From an uncultured Gammaproteobacteria bacterium (GTDB taxonomy: Bacteria; Pseudomonadota; Gammaproteobacteria; CAWCPV01): 64,000 bases of DNA. The notes beneath the pieces are model-generated. The model searched no databases and was not told where the DNA came from. It saw only the letters and a list, made by a program, of their open reading frames with translations. Location: the NCBI GenBank assembly GCA_963797555.1, contig CAWCPV010000005.1:32001-96000 (forward strand), written 5' to 3'. A program made the translations under genes and the position numbers. Below are positions 1 to 12,340 of the stretch, in pieces (within the stretch, counting starts at the first letter, position 1; each line of letters starts with the position of its first letter).

Positions 1-52
1 CGGCGCGCGCGGCGCACTCTCGGCGTGGTCCCAGGAGGTCACGCGGCTCGGG

Positions 53-58
53 TATAAT
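53..58 (+). promoter_or_regulatory. Putative sigma70 -10 box for the Anbu gene
   Basis: Perfect TATAAT about 35 bp upstream of ATG 93 in GC-rich DNA; no clear -35. Confidence 0.4.
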
Positions 59-92
59 CGCTCCCCACCTGCACGGGAAAAGAGCGCCAGGT

Positions 93-833
93 ATGACGTA
101 TTGCCTCGCCATCTCGGTCAATGCCGGGCTGGTCTTCGCCTCGGACTCCCGAACCCACGGAGGGGTCGACCAAGTCAGCGTCTACCCGAAGATGCACACC
201 TTCGCCTGGGATGGCGAGCGGGTCTTCGTCTTGCTCAGTGCAGGCAATCTGGCGACGACCCAGGCTGTGATCAAACAGCTCAAGGTGGACAATGCCGATG
301 GGGAGACGAAGGAGAGCCTGGTGACCCTCCAGCGCATGAGCCAGGCCGCGGACTACGTGGGCCGGCTCAGCGCCGGGATTCAGCACCGCCAGGGGGCAAT
401 GGTGCAGCAGACGGTCTCGCTGGAGGCGAGCTTCATCCTCGGCGGCCAACTGCGGCATCAGGCGCCGGAGCTGTATCTCATCTATCCCCAAGGCAACTAC
501 ATCAGTGCCTCGCCCGATCATCCCTTCCTCCAGATCGGCGAGATCAAGTACGGCAAACCCATCCTCGACCGCATCGTCGAACCCGCCATACTGCTCGAGG
601 ATGCCGCTCGCGGCGCCCTGGTTTCATTGGACTCGGCCATGCGCAGCAACATCTCGGTGGGACCCCCCATCGATCTGTTGATCTATGAGAAGGACAGCCT
701 GCTGCTGACACGGCAACTCCGGCTCAAGCTCGATACGCCCTACTACGCCACCCTGCGCAAGCAGTGGAACGAGGGACTCAAACACCTCGTGAGCGAGCTA
801 CCGCGCTTCGACTGGGAAAAGGAGAGGCCCTGA
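93..833 (+). CDS. Anbu-family proteasome-type protease (Ntn hydrolase)
   Basis: MTYC start; Thr1-Asp17-Lys32 after Met removal; GNLATTQ, QIGExKYGKPILDR and RSNISVG motifs typical of Anbu. Confidence 0.9.
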   Translation: MTYCLAISVNAGLVFASDSRTHGGVDQVSVYPKMHTFAWDGERVFVLLSAGNLATTQAVIKQLKVDNADGETKESLVTLQRMSQAADYVGRLSAGIQHRQGAMVQQTVSLEASFILGGQLRHQAPELYLIYPQGNYISASPDHPFLQIGEIKYGKPILDRIVEPAILLEDAARGALVSLDSAMRSNISVGPPIDLLIYEKDSLLLTRQLRLKLDTPYYATLRKQWNEGLKHLVSELPRFDWEKERP

Positions 834-1004
834 CACCTGCTGACACCTATAGTGCCCACGCCCTTCAGGTTTACTGGCGCACAGCCCGCCCACACCCTTA
901 CCTGTGACGGGTCGCTCGGATTTCCGACAACAGGTCTCTGTATCTTGACCTCGGTGCGCAGTCGCCTTGACAGAGGGGTCCAGCTCATCGCCCCGCGCGC
1001 TTCC

Positions 1005-1436
1005 TCAGGAAGCCGGCGGGCCGCACTCCACCATGCGCTCCAAGATGAGCCCGTAGAAGGCGTCGTCGCCTGAGAAATGCCATCCTAGCTGGGTAACGCA
1101 CTGGCGGCACACCACCATCCGCCAGCGGTAACCCGAGAACCAGCTCCAGTAGTCGGTCGCCTCGCCGATGGGAGCGCAACCCGGCGCGTACCGGAAGCAA
1201 CCAAACACGAACCGGATGCCGTCGGGATTCGAGCGCCGGTGCACGTGCTGGCCCTCCACGGCGAAAGACTCCTCGCGCGTGGTCACTGGGGCGTGGCACT
1301 CTGCACAACACCACTGCGGTCCGCTGCCTGCGCTGTCCTGCGCCTGAGCGGAGTCCGCCAGGCGTTGGCACTGCTCCTCGCTCAAGCGATCGAACAAGCG
1401 CCAAGCAGCGCCGCTGCCCGTAGGAGGATGGCGCAT
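1005..1436 (-). CDS. Cereblon-like stand-alone CULT-domain (Zn-binding, thalidomide-binding-type) protein
   Basis: CAEC and CRQC Zn pairs, NPDG, SWFSGYRW, LGWHF, FYGL motifs. Start uncertain (ATG 1436 or 1499); ORF track extends to 1745. Confidence 0.85.
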   Translation of the reverse strand: MRHPPTGSGAAWRLFDRLSEEQCQRLADSAQAQDSAGSGPQWCCAECHAPVTTREESFAVEGQHVHRRSNPDGIRFVFGCFRYAPGCAPIGEATDYWSWFSGYRWRMVVCRQCVTQLGWHFSGDDAFYGLILERMVECGPPAS

Positions 1437-1722
1437 TCCTGCGGCGCCTGGCAGCCCAGTCCCCAACCGCCGGCCAGGAATGCATCGGGCAGTGATCATA
1501 GTTGGGGTTGGGGGATGGCATGCCGCTCTGCGCCGGCGATGACCTGGAACGGGTCCGCCCACAAGGGCGGGTGGGCGCCAGCATCCCGCCAAAGCACCCC
1601 GGCGCTTCACGAGCAGCAGGCGCGTGCCGACCGCGTCGACCACGTTACCCCTGTCCGCTCGGCCAGAAACGCATCGTCCGGGTCCACATGCCGCGCTTCT
1701 CCGCGCATCGAGCGACCCGCCA

Positions 1723-3246
1723 CTAGTGCCACATGTGGGGCTCATAGATCGCTGCGCGGCCTCCCCCCGCGGCCTTGGCCGCCTGCACCGCCCGCTTCCC
1801 AGCGCTTAGCAGATCCTCGGCCCGGTGGAACAGCGACTGCTCGCCATGCGTCACCATCCCGACGGACGCTCTGACCACGACTTCGTTCCCTGGCTCCGGA
1901 CCGAGGCTTGATGAAGCGAATCCCTGAACGATGCGCTCGCACAAAGACCGGGAAGCCTCGATGCCTGCACCGGGCAGAATGATGGCGATGCCACGGTCGC
2001 CATAGCGGGCCAACACGTCCGAATACCGCGTATAGTCGAACAAGCGAGACACCGCACCGTCCAGTACCTTGCTCGCTCTGTCCCGACCGTAAGCGGCGCG
2101 GATCCCCTCGAAGTCATCTAGCTCCACCAGGGCCAAGCTCAGGGGCCAGTGGTAGCGGCCGGCGGCCTCGAACTCCTCGCGCAGGGTCTGCTCCAGCGCC
2201 GCCCGCTCGACGAGCGCTCCCGCCATGCGCCCCCGGTCGCGCAGCTCGCGGAACTTCCCGGCTTCCTCTTCGGGCGCGAGGGCCCGGGTAGCGTCCTCGG
2301 CCTCCTCCATGGGCGCCACATGCGGTGCCGCGAAGGCCTCCTGCGCCTCTTCCAGGACGCGGTCCAGGTCCGACGCCGATACCAGTGCGCTCTCGAAGAG
2401 GAGCTCGACTTCCGGAATCTCGCTGCTCACCGACTGCAGGAGCGCGTTCAGGGCGGCGGCATCCGACCCAAGTTGGCTGCGCGCGGCGTCCGCGGCTTCG
2501 GTCAGGCGGGCGGGATCGTCGCGCAGCCAGATGTCCGCAATCAAGCCCGACACGGCCACGCAGCGCACGAACGCCCGGAAGCGTCTGTCGTCCGTTGCGA
2601 CCAGCCGCGGGTCGTGGCTTCCGGCCACCGCGTCCTGCAGGTACTCGGGGAGCTTCCGATAACGCAGCAGCCACGCGCCGACCTCTGCATGATCGCTCCC
2701 CAAACGGTCCTGCTCCCATTGCTGCAGGCGACCATGCACCCGCTGCGCTTCACCGATGTCCCGGTAGAGATCGGGGAGGGCTCGGTCGAGTGCCAGCATT
2801 CCGATGTCCTGCACGAGCCCTGCCAGGAACAACTGCCCCCTGGATCTGAGCCCGACGCTGCTGCCCAGGGCGTGGGCGCAAGTCGCCGCGAGCATAGCGC
2901 GGCGCCAGAACACGGAGTAGTCCAATCGGCCTTCGGTCCCCTCGCGCAGCGACCCGACCAGCGAGAAGCTCAAGGCGAGGCTCAGGGTCGCGTTCGGCCC
3001 CAGCAGGGTAACCGCCTGCCGCAAGTTGCGGCTCTCCCGCCGTCGGCCATACAAAGCGGAGTTTGTCATGCGCAGGACCTTGGCGACCAAGGCCGGGTCG
3101 AGGTTGATGGCCTCGGCGAGCTGCCCGATGGGCACGTCCGGATCGCGGCCCAGCTCGATGAGGCGCAGGGCGACACCCGGCAGGGCGGGCAGGTTGCCGC
3201 AGTGTTCGAGGCGTTCCAAGAGTTCGGGATTCATCGGGTGGTCCAT
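1723..3246 (-). CDS. HDOD domain + degenerate GGDEF domain protein
   Basis: LPALPxV..DPALVAKVLRMTNS..AGLVQDIG..DHAEVGAWL (HDOD); C-terminal GGDEF fold with RYSDVLARYGDRG and VRASVG. Confidence 0.85.
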   Translation of the reverse strand: MDHPMNPELLERLEHCGNLPALPGVALRLIELGRDPDVPIGQLAEAINLDPALVAKVLRMTNSALYGRRRESRNLRQAVTLLGPNATLSLALSFSLVGSLREGTEGRLDYSVFWRRAMLAATCAHALGSSVGLRSRGQLFLAGLVQDIGMLALDRALPDLYRDIGEAQRVHGRLQQWEQDRLGSDHAEVGAWLLRYRKLPEYLQDAVAGSHDPRLVATDDRRFRAFVRCVAVSGLIADIWLRDDPARLTEAADAARSQLGSDAAALNALLQSVSSEIPEVELLFESALVSASDLDRVLEEAQEAFAAPHVAPMEEAEDATRALAPEEEAGKFRELRDRGRMAGALVERAALEQTLREEFEAAGRYHWPLSLALVELDDFEGIRAAYGRDRASKVLDGAVSRLFDYTRYSDVLARYGDRGIAIILPGAGIEASRSLCERIVQGFASSSLGPEPGNEVVVRASVGMVTHGEQSLFHRAEDLLSAGKRAVQAAKAAGGGRAAIYEPHMWH

Positions 3247-3266
3247 CCTCTGCGGAAGTCACCCAC

Positions 3267-3272
3267 ATTATA
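3267..3272 (-). promoter_or_regulatory. Putative -10 box (TATAAT) for the HDOD-GGDEF gene
   Basis: TATAAT on the minus strand about 20 bp upstream of the start; no clear -35. Confidence 0.35.
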
Positions 3273-3306
3273 GTTAAGCCTAATCGGAGGTGAGGGCCGC
3301 CCCGCC

Positions 3307-4740
<1,434 letters not shown>

Positions 4741-4760
4741 TCAGCCAGCCCATCGCCGGA

Positions 4761-7700
4761 TCAAGCGGCCACATTCATCAGGTCGAGAAGCGTCTCCAGC
4801 TCCGCAGCCTTCGGCTTCACCAGCCAGAAGCGGCGCGCAATGCGCTCGAACTGATCGAAAATGCGGCAGGCCCAATGGCTCCCCGTATCGGTGACGAACT
4901 CGCCGAGGAGGGTGCGCAGGTGGTTTGCATACGCCTGCATGTTCTCCGTGTGCACTCGGTGGATATCGACGAGCTCATGGTTGTAACGGTTGACGAACTG
5001 GTTCTCGAGATCCAGGACATACGCAAAGCCGCCCGTCATACCGGCACCGAAGTTGAGCCCGGTCGACCCCAGGACCACCACGGCCCCTCCGGTCATGTAC
5101 TCGCAGCCATGATCCCCCATACCCTCGACCACCGCCACGCAACCCGAGTTACGCACTGCAAAGCGCTCGCCAGCGATCCCTGCGGCGAACAGCTTCCCTC
5201 CGGTCGCCCCGTACAGGCAAGTGTTTCCAATGATCGGGGTCTTCTCGCTGCGGTAGCGGCAGTCTCGGGGAGGGTAGATGACGATCTTGCCGCCCGCCAT
5301 CCCCTTGCCCACGTAGTCATTGGCGTCACCCTCCAGGATGAGCTGCAGACCACCGGCGTTCCATGCGCCGAAGCTCTGACCCGCCGTGCCATAGAGGCGC
5401 ACGGTGATAGGGGCGTCCTCCATGCCGTGGTTGCCGTGGCGGCGCGCGATCTCGCCCGACAGGCGAGCCCCGATGGAGCGGTTCACGTTCTTGAGGCGGT
5501 ACTGGAAATCGCCGCCGGCTTTCTGCTCGATGGCACCGAGCGCGTCCTGGACCATGGCCTCGGCCAGCGCTCCGGTGTCGAAGGGCGTATTGCTTGGCAC
5601 TTGGCAGTGCTGCGGCTTGCCCTGCGCCTCGGGCGGGACGGTGAGTATTGGGGACAGATCGAGACGCTCCTGCCTCGCAGTCTCGCCGCGGACGGCGATC
5701 AACAGGTCAGTGCGGCCGATCAGGTCCTCGAGGCGGCGCACTGCGAGTCGGGCCATCCACTCCCGGGTCTCCTGCGCGACGAAACGGAAGAAGTTCTCCA
5801 CCATCTCTGGCGATCCCATGAAGTGCTCGCGGCGCAGTACCTCGTTCTGGGTGGCCACTCCGGTGGCACAGTTGTTCAGATGACAGATGCGCAGGTATTT
5901 GCAGCCCAGCGCGATCATGGGGGCCGTCCCAAACCCGAAACTCTCGGCACCCAGAATGGCCGCCTTTACCACATCCAGGCCAGTCTTCAGGCCGCCGTCT
6001 GTCTGTAGCCGCACCTTGTCGCGCAGGTCGTTGGCGCGCAGCGTCTGGTGGGTCTCCGCCAGCCCCAGCTCCCAGGGCACTCCGGCGTACTTCACGGAAC
6101 TCAAGGGGCTTGCACCGGTCCCCCCGTCATAGCCCGCGATGGTGATCAGGTCGGCGTAAGCCTTCGCCACGCCGGCCGCTATGGTCCCTACACCCGCCTC
6201 CGACACCAGCTTCACAGACACTAGGGCATGGGGGTTGACCTGCTTCAGGTCGAAGATGAGCTGGGCCAAGTCCTCGATGGAGTAGATGTCGTGGTGCGGC
6301 GGCGGGGAGATGAGCGCGGTGCCGGGCCGCGCGTGGCGCAGCTTGGCGATCATCGCATTGACCTTGTGGCCGGGGAGCTGGCCACCCTCTCCGGGCTTGG
6401 CACCTTGCGCGATCTTGATCTGCAGGACTTCGGCGTTCACCAGATAGGCCGGCGTCACTCCGAAACGGCCGGAGGCGACCTGCTTGATCTTGGACGTGCG
6501 CTCCGTGCCGTAGCGGCGCGGATCCTCGCCTCCCTCGCCCGAGTTGGACCGACCGCCGAGGCGATTCATGGCGGTGGCGAGCGCCTCGTGGGCCTCGGGA
6601 GACAGAGCCCCCAGCGACATTCCCGCAGTGTCGAAGCGGGACAGGATGTGCTCGATAGGCTCCACCTCCTCCACAGGAATGGACGCGACATCGTCGCGCA
6701 GCCCAAACAGGTCACGGATCACCGTAACGGGGCGCCCGTTCACCAGCCCCGCGTATTCCAGATACTTCTGGTAGTCGCTGCTGCGCACCGCCTCGTGGAG
6801 GGCCTGCACCACGTCGGGATTGAAGGCGTGGTACTCGCCCCCGTGGATGTACTTGAGCAGCCCCCCTTGCCGGATCGCCTTGCGCGGATTCCATGCCTCC
6901 GCCGTCAGGGCCCGGGCATCCTCGTCCAAGTCCCGGAAGTTGGTCCCCTGGATGCGGCTGACCGTGCCGGAGAAGCACAGGTCCACCACCTCCTGGTGCA
7001 GACCGACGATCTCGAAGAGCTGAGCCCCCCGGTAGCTGGTCACGGTGGAGATGCCCATCTTGGACAGGATCTTGTACAGCCCCTTGTTGATTCCCGTGCG
7101 GTAGTTGTGGACGAGCCTGACGGCGTCGACCCCCAGGATCTCCCCGCGGCACATCATGTCGTGTAGGCACTGATAAGCCAGATACGGGATACACCGCCGT
7201 GGCCCCGTAGCCGATAAGCACGGCGAAATGGTGTGGATCGCGCGCGGTGCCCGTTTCCAGCACGATATTGGCGTCACACCTCAGCCCTTCCTGGATCAGG
7301 CGGTGATGGACGGCACCGGTGCCGAGCAGGGCATGGATGGGGATCCGGCCCTTGGCGATGCCGTGGTCGGACAGCACCAGGATTACCTTGCCGCCCTTCA
7401 CGGCGTGGACGGCCTTCTCGCACAGCTCTGCGATGGCCTCACGCAGGGTCCCCTCTTCGGGGTAGGTCAAGTCGATGATCTCGTGTGGGTACTGCGGGTC
7501 GTCGAGGGCCAATAGCTGGCGGAACTTGCTGCGCGACAGAACCGGCGAGTCCACCTCGGCGCGGTCGGCGTGCTCCGGAAACTCATCGAAGGGGTTCCGC
7601 TCACGCCCGAAGCAGGTGCGCAGGGACATCACGATCTGCTCCCGCAACGGGTCGATGGGCGGATTCGTCACCTGGGCGAACTGCTGGCGGAAGTAGTCGT

Positions 7701-9266
7701 ACAGTGACCGCGCCTGGCGCGACAGCGCCGGCAAGGGCGCGTCATCCCCCATGGAGCCGATCGCCTCCTGAGCGGCCTCGCCGAGGACACGCAGCACCTG
7801 GTCGCGCTCCTCGAAGGTGATCAGGAACTGCTTCTCGTACACTCGCAACGCACTCCCGAGCAACGATTCCGCCCCGGGATCCTCCTCGTCCAGCCTGGAC
7901 TCCAGATGCCGGGCATGCTGCTCCATCCACGAGCCGGTAAGGCTGGCGGTTCTTCAGTTGCTCGTCGACGTCGTCCGGCAGCAGGAGTCGTCCGGTCTCC
8001 GTGTCCACCGCGATCATCTGGCCGGGCTTGAGCCGCCCCTTGGCGACGACGCTCTCGGCCGGATAGTCGTACACCCCGATCTCGGAGGCCAGCGTGATGT
8101 GCCCGTCGTCCGTGATCACATAGCGGGCCGGGCGCAGGCCGTTGCGGTCCATGGCGCAAGCGGCATAGCGCCCGTCCGTCAACACCATCCCGGCGGGCCC
8201 GTCCCAGGGCTCCATGTAGAGCGAGTAATACTCGTAGAATGCGCGAAGATCCGGGTCCATGGTCTCCTCGTTCTGCCAAGCGGGGGGAACCAGCACCCGC
8301 ATGGCGCGGAAGATGTCCATGCCGCCCGCGAGGAGCGCCTCCAGCATGTTGTCCAGGCTCATGGAATCCGAGCCGGTCAGGGATACCAAGGGAAGCACAT
8401 CCTCGATGTTCGGGATGAGAGGCGTCTTGAACTTGTACCCGCGTGCTACGGCCCAGTTGCGGTTCCCCCGCAATGGTGTTGATCTCGCCGTTGTGCGCGA
8501 GGAACCTGAACGGCTGAGCCAGACGCCACTCGGGCCAGGTATTGGTGGAGAAACGCTGGTGGTATAAGCACAGCCCAGAGGCAAAACGCGCATCCTCCAG
8601 GTCGGGGTAAAAGACCGGCAGATTGGCCGGCATGATCAGACCCTTGTAGCTGATGACGCGGCAAGAAAGACTGGGGACATAAAAGGGCGGGGCTTGCAGC
8701 TCGAGTGTTTTCTCGGCGCGGCGTCGGGCCACGTACAGACGCCGCTCGAAGGTGGCCTCGTCCATTGCCGGTGGGGGATGAACGAAGACTTGTTCGATGT
8801 GCGGCAGTGATCGCAATGCCTGGGCGCCGCACGCTTCTGTACGTAAGGGCACGACCCGCCATCCCACGACGCGGAGGCCTTCGCAGATCCAATTCGCGGC
8901 CCAGCGTCTGGCGGGCACGCTCGGCGGCACTCGTCTCACGGCTCAGGAAGACCTGCCCGACGGCATACAGCGGGGCCCGAGTTGGAACCCGCATTCCTGC
9001 GCTGCGCCCCGCAGGAAGGCGTCGGGCATCTTCATGAGCAACCCGCAGCCGTCGCCGGTCTTGCCATCCGAGGCGATGGCCCCACGGTGGGTGAGACGGT
9101 TCAGGGAACTGACGGCCGTATGTACCAGCCAATGGGACGGCTGACCGTCCATGTGGGCGATGAGCCCGAAGCCGCAACTGTCCCTCTCGAAGGAAGGATG
9201 GTATAGGCTGGGGACGGTGCGGCCGCATACGGCCTCGGACATCGGGGGGCGCATCCGGTCCGGCAT
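4761..9266 (-). CDS. gltB: Glutamate synthase large subunit, split by 5 single-base frameshifts (probably sequence errors)
   Basis: [57 protein letters not shown] and GXGXG domain spread over six overlapping ORFs; junctions near 8972, 8890, 8470, 7932, 7188. Confidence 0.9.
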
Positions 9267-9495
9267 GGCTGTCCAAGCCTCCTAGAGCGGTGAGCGGATT
9301 GCGGCCAAAGCGTTTGTCAGTATATCGCCGGGGGTTATCGCATTCAATTTACGGCGTGCTCCGTCGAGCCTTTGCGGTTATCCGGGAAATGCCCCCAGGC
9401 GCTCTTTGTCCCCCTCGCGCTCTCTAGCCCTCGCGCAGACGGAAAAGGGCACGATCGCTCATCTCGCCCCAAGGGGGGCCTGGATGAGAACATGC

Positions 9496-9511
9496 GTCAT
9501 GGCGCCATGAC
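9496..9511. repeat. Perfect 16-bp palindrome GTCATGGCGCCATGAC between dgt and gltB
   Basis: Self reverse-complementary; a second imperfect hairpin (CTCATC..GATGAG) lies at about 9458-9488. Confidence 0.6.
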
Positions 9512-9555
9512 CGCTTTCAGGTCCGGGCCGCCTGGCCGCACCGCCGAGCGCCGAC

Positions 9556-10707
9556 CTAAGTCAGCTGGGCGGCGTCGAAAAGTCGCGCGTGCTCGGCGAT
9601 CGCATAACGGTCGGTCATACCTGCGACATAATCGGCCACGACCCGTGCCCGCCCTGCCTCCCCGAGCTGCTGCTCCTGCGTGCGGGCCTTGCTCTGGTAA
9701 TCTTCCGGCAGCAGCCGGGGATCGTCGAAGAAGGCATCGAATAGCTCGCTGACGATGCGCCCTGCCTTCGCGCCCATGCGATGCACCCGGAAGTGGTGGT
9801 ACAGGTGCTCGAACAGATAGCGCTTCAGCTCTTGGTGCTGCGCCGCCATGGCCGGGCTGAAGCCGATGAGCGGCTCACCGCATGAGCGCACCCCTTCGAC
9901 ATCCCGAACCCCAGCCGCGGCAATCTTCTCGAGGCTGGTTTCGATCAGATCGGTGACCTGGCGGTTGACAAGCCGCCTCACCATCTCGTGGATGGCGCGG
10001 CGCGGCGATACCCCCGAACATGCGCGCCGCACTAGGTCATACTGCTCGCGGACCAAGGCCGCATCGTGCAGCCGGCCGAGATCGAGCAGGTTGGCCCGCA
10101 ACCCGTCATCAACGTCGTGGCTGTTGTAAGCGATGGCGTCGGCGACATCAGTGATCTGCGCCTCCAGAGTCGGCTGGCGCCCCTCAAGAAAACGCCGCCC
10201 AAGCTCCCCCAGAGCCTCCGCCCTGCTCAGGGAACAGTGCTTAAGGATCCCTTCGCGCGTCTCGTAGGTCAGGTTGAGGCCGGGGAACTCGGCGTACCTT
10301 TCCTCGATCTCCTCCACGACACGCAAGGACTGCAGGTTGTGCTCGAATCCTCCATAGGCCCGCATGCACCGGTTCAGCGCATCCTGGCCGGCGTGGCCGA
10401 ACGGGGTGTGTCCCAGGTCATGAGCCAGCGCGATGGCTTCGGCCAGATCCTCGTTCAGCCGCAACGCGCGTGCGATGGTGCGTGCAATCTGGGCCACTTC
10501 GAGGGAGTGGGTGAGGCGGGTGCGGAAAAGGTCGCCCTCATGGTTGACGAACACCTGGGTCTTGTATTCCAGGCGCCGAAACGCGGTGCTGTGTACAATG
10601 CGGTCCCGATCCCGCTGATACTCGCTGCGGAACCGCGGCGCCGCCTCCCGGTGGCGACGGCCGAGGGAGTTAGCATCGCTGGCAGCACAAGGAGCCAGGT
10701 CGTTCAT
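9556..10707 (-). CDS. dgt: Deoxyguanosinetriphosphate triphosphohydrolase (HD family)
   Basis: [53 protein letters not shown]; ATG overlaps the aroB stop (ATGA). Confidence 0.93.
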   Translation of the reverse strand: MNDLAPCAASDANSLGRRHREAAPRFRSEYQRDRDRIVHSTAFRRLEYKTQVFVNHEGDLFRTRLTHSLEVAQIARTIARALRLNEDLAEAIALAHDLGHTPFGHAGQDALNRCMRAYGGFEHNLQSLRVVEEIEERYAEFPGLNLTYETREGILKHCSLSRAEALGELGRRFLEGRQPTLEAQITDVADAIAYNSHDVDDGLRANLLDLGRLHDAALVREQYDLVRRACSGVSPRRAIHEMVRRLVNRQVTDLIETSLEKIAAAGVRDVEGVRSCGEPLIGFSPAMAAQHQELKRYLFEHLYHHFRVHRMGAKAGRIVSELFDAFFDDPRLLPEDYQSKARTQEQQLGEAGRARVVADYVAGMTDRYAIAEHARLFDAAQLT

Positions 10708-11789
10708 GCGTCGGCGCGGCAGGCCTCCAGCGTGGGACCGAGCGACTCGGGCGGAAAGTCGGCAGACACCACGGCGCTCCCGATGGCCTTGAGCAGCACC
10801 AGACGAAGACGGCCCCCGAGCACCTTCTTGTCCACTCCCATGATCTCCAACATCCGCTGGCGGTCCATGCCCGCCGGGCAGCGCGTCGGTAGCCCGGCTG
10901 CCGCCACCAAGCCCTCCACCCGGCGGCGCTCCTCTGCGGACAGCCAGCCCATCCGCTGGGACAGATCCGCAGCCATGACCAAGCCCGCCGCCACTGCCTC
11001 GCCGTGCAGCCAACGGCCATAACCCAGCCCGTTCTCGATGGCGTGCCCGAAGGTGTGCCCGAGGTTGAGCAGCGAGCGAGGGCCAGCTTCCAGCTCGTCC
11101 GAAGCAACGACCTCCGCCTTGTTCTGACACGAACGCGCGACGGCATAAGCAAGAGTCTCGCCATCGCGCGCCAGAATTTGCTCGATGTGGCCCTCCAGCC
11201 AGACGAAGAAGGATCGGTCGCGGATCAGGCCGTACTTGATGATCTCTGCGCAACCGGCGCGCAACTGCCGGTCGTCCAGGGTGGCGAGGGTCTCGGTGTC
11301 GCTCAGAACGCAGCGCGGCTGGTGGAACGCCCCGATCATATTCTTGCCGAGCGGATGATTGACGCCGGTCTTGCCACCCACCGACGAGTCCACCTGAGCA
11401 AGCAGCGTCGTTGGGACCTGGATGAAATTGACACCCCGCTGATACGTCGCGGCCGCAAATCCGGCGATGTCGCCCACCACGCCGCCCCCTAGGGCAATCA
11501 CCGTCGTGCTGCGGTCGAAGCGCTTTCGGAGTAACACGTCGTAGATGCGCTGCACCGTCTCGAGGGTCTTGTACTGCTCCCCGTCGGGCAATACGATCGC
11601 TTCCCGCTCGAACCCGGCGAGTGCGTCCAGCACCCCGTCCAAGTACAGCGGACCCACTGTCTCGTTGGTCGCCACCAGAACTTGGCTGCCCCGGACGTGG
11701 GACGACAGAATGTCGGCCCGGCCGAGCAGGCCGGCACCGATGTAAATGGGGTAGCTGCGCTCCTGCAGCTCAACCCGCAGCGTTTCCAT
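10704..11789 (-). CDS. aroB: 3-dehydroquinate synthase
   Basis: [43 protein letters not shown]. Confidence 0.97.
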   Translation of the reverse strand: METLRVELQERSYPIYIGAGLLGRADILSSHVRGSQVLVATNETVGPLYLDGVLDALAGFEREAIVLPDGEQYKTLETVQRIYDVLLRKRFDRSTTVIALGGGVVGDIAGFAAATYQRGVNFIQVPTTLLAQVDSSVGGKTGVNHPLGKNMIGAFHQPRCVLSDTETLATLDDRQLRAGCAEIIKYGLIRDRSFFVWLEGHIEQILARDGETLAYAVARSCQNKAEVVASDELEAGPRSLLNLGHTFGHAIENGLGYGRWLHGEAVAAGLVMAADLSQRMGWLSAEERRRVEGLVAAAGLPTRCPAGMDRQRMLEIMGVDKKVLGGRLRLVLLKAIGSAVVSADFPPESLGPTLEACRADA

Positions 11790-12303
11790 GGTCTCGCAAA
11801 TGCATCAGGATCTCCCTGACGACACGCTGGACTTTCTGGTCTCCGGTCTCCACGACCAGGTCCGCCACCTGACGATACAGCGGGTCTCGCTCCGTGACGA
11901 TCGCCAGCAGCCGACCGACCCGATCCTCCGTCTGGAGCAGCGGACGAACCCGGTCTCTGGCCGTGCGTTGAATCAGTTTCTCGATGGGTGCATGGAGGTA
12001 CACAACCCGGCCCCGGGTGACCAGCGCCCGGCGGTTCTCCGGTGCCAGCACGACCCCGCCACCGGTCGCCAACACGATGTCGTTGAGTCCGGTCAGCTCG
12101 TCGACGACCGCACGCTCGCGGGCGCGAAAACCCGCCTCGCCCTCCAAGTCGAAGATCAGAGAGACGGTCGCACCCGTGCGGCGCTCGATCTCGCGGTCGC
12201 TGTCGTAGAACTCCTTGCCGAGGACGGCCGCAAGACGCCGGCCGATGGTGCTCTTCCCGGACCCCATGGGCCCTACAAGGAAAATATTGCCCGACACCCT
12301 CAT
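11770..12303 (-). CDS. aroK: Shikimate kinase
   Basis: [28 protein letters not shown]. Confidence 0.96.
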   Translation of the reverse strand: MRVSGNIFLVGPMGSGKSTIGRRLAAVLGKEFYDSDREIERRTGATVSLIFDLEGEAGFRARERAVVDELTGLNDIVLATGGGVVLAPENRRALVTRGRVVYLHAPIEKLIQRTARDRVRPLLQTEDRVGRLLAIVTERDPLYRQVADLVVETGDQKVQRVVREILMHLRDHGNAAG

Positions 12304-12340
12304 CGGGCAGATGTGCCAGGGCGGAGGTCAGGCCGCTCGC

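Noticed and set aside
830-848. Short tandem CTGACACCT duplication at the Anbu stop
   Set aside because: Only two 9-bp copies; insufficient evidence of function.
10708-11253. Apparent 181-aa N-terminal extension of dGTPase
   Set aside because: Lies within aroB in another frame; the ATG at 10707 overlapping the aroB stop is the natural start.
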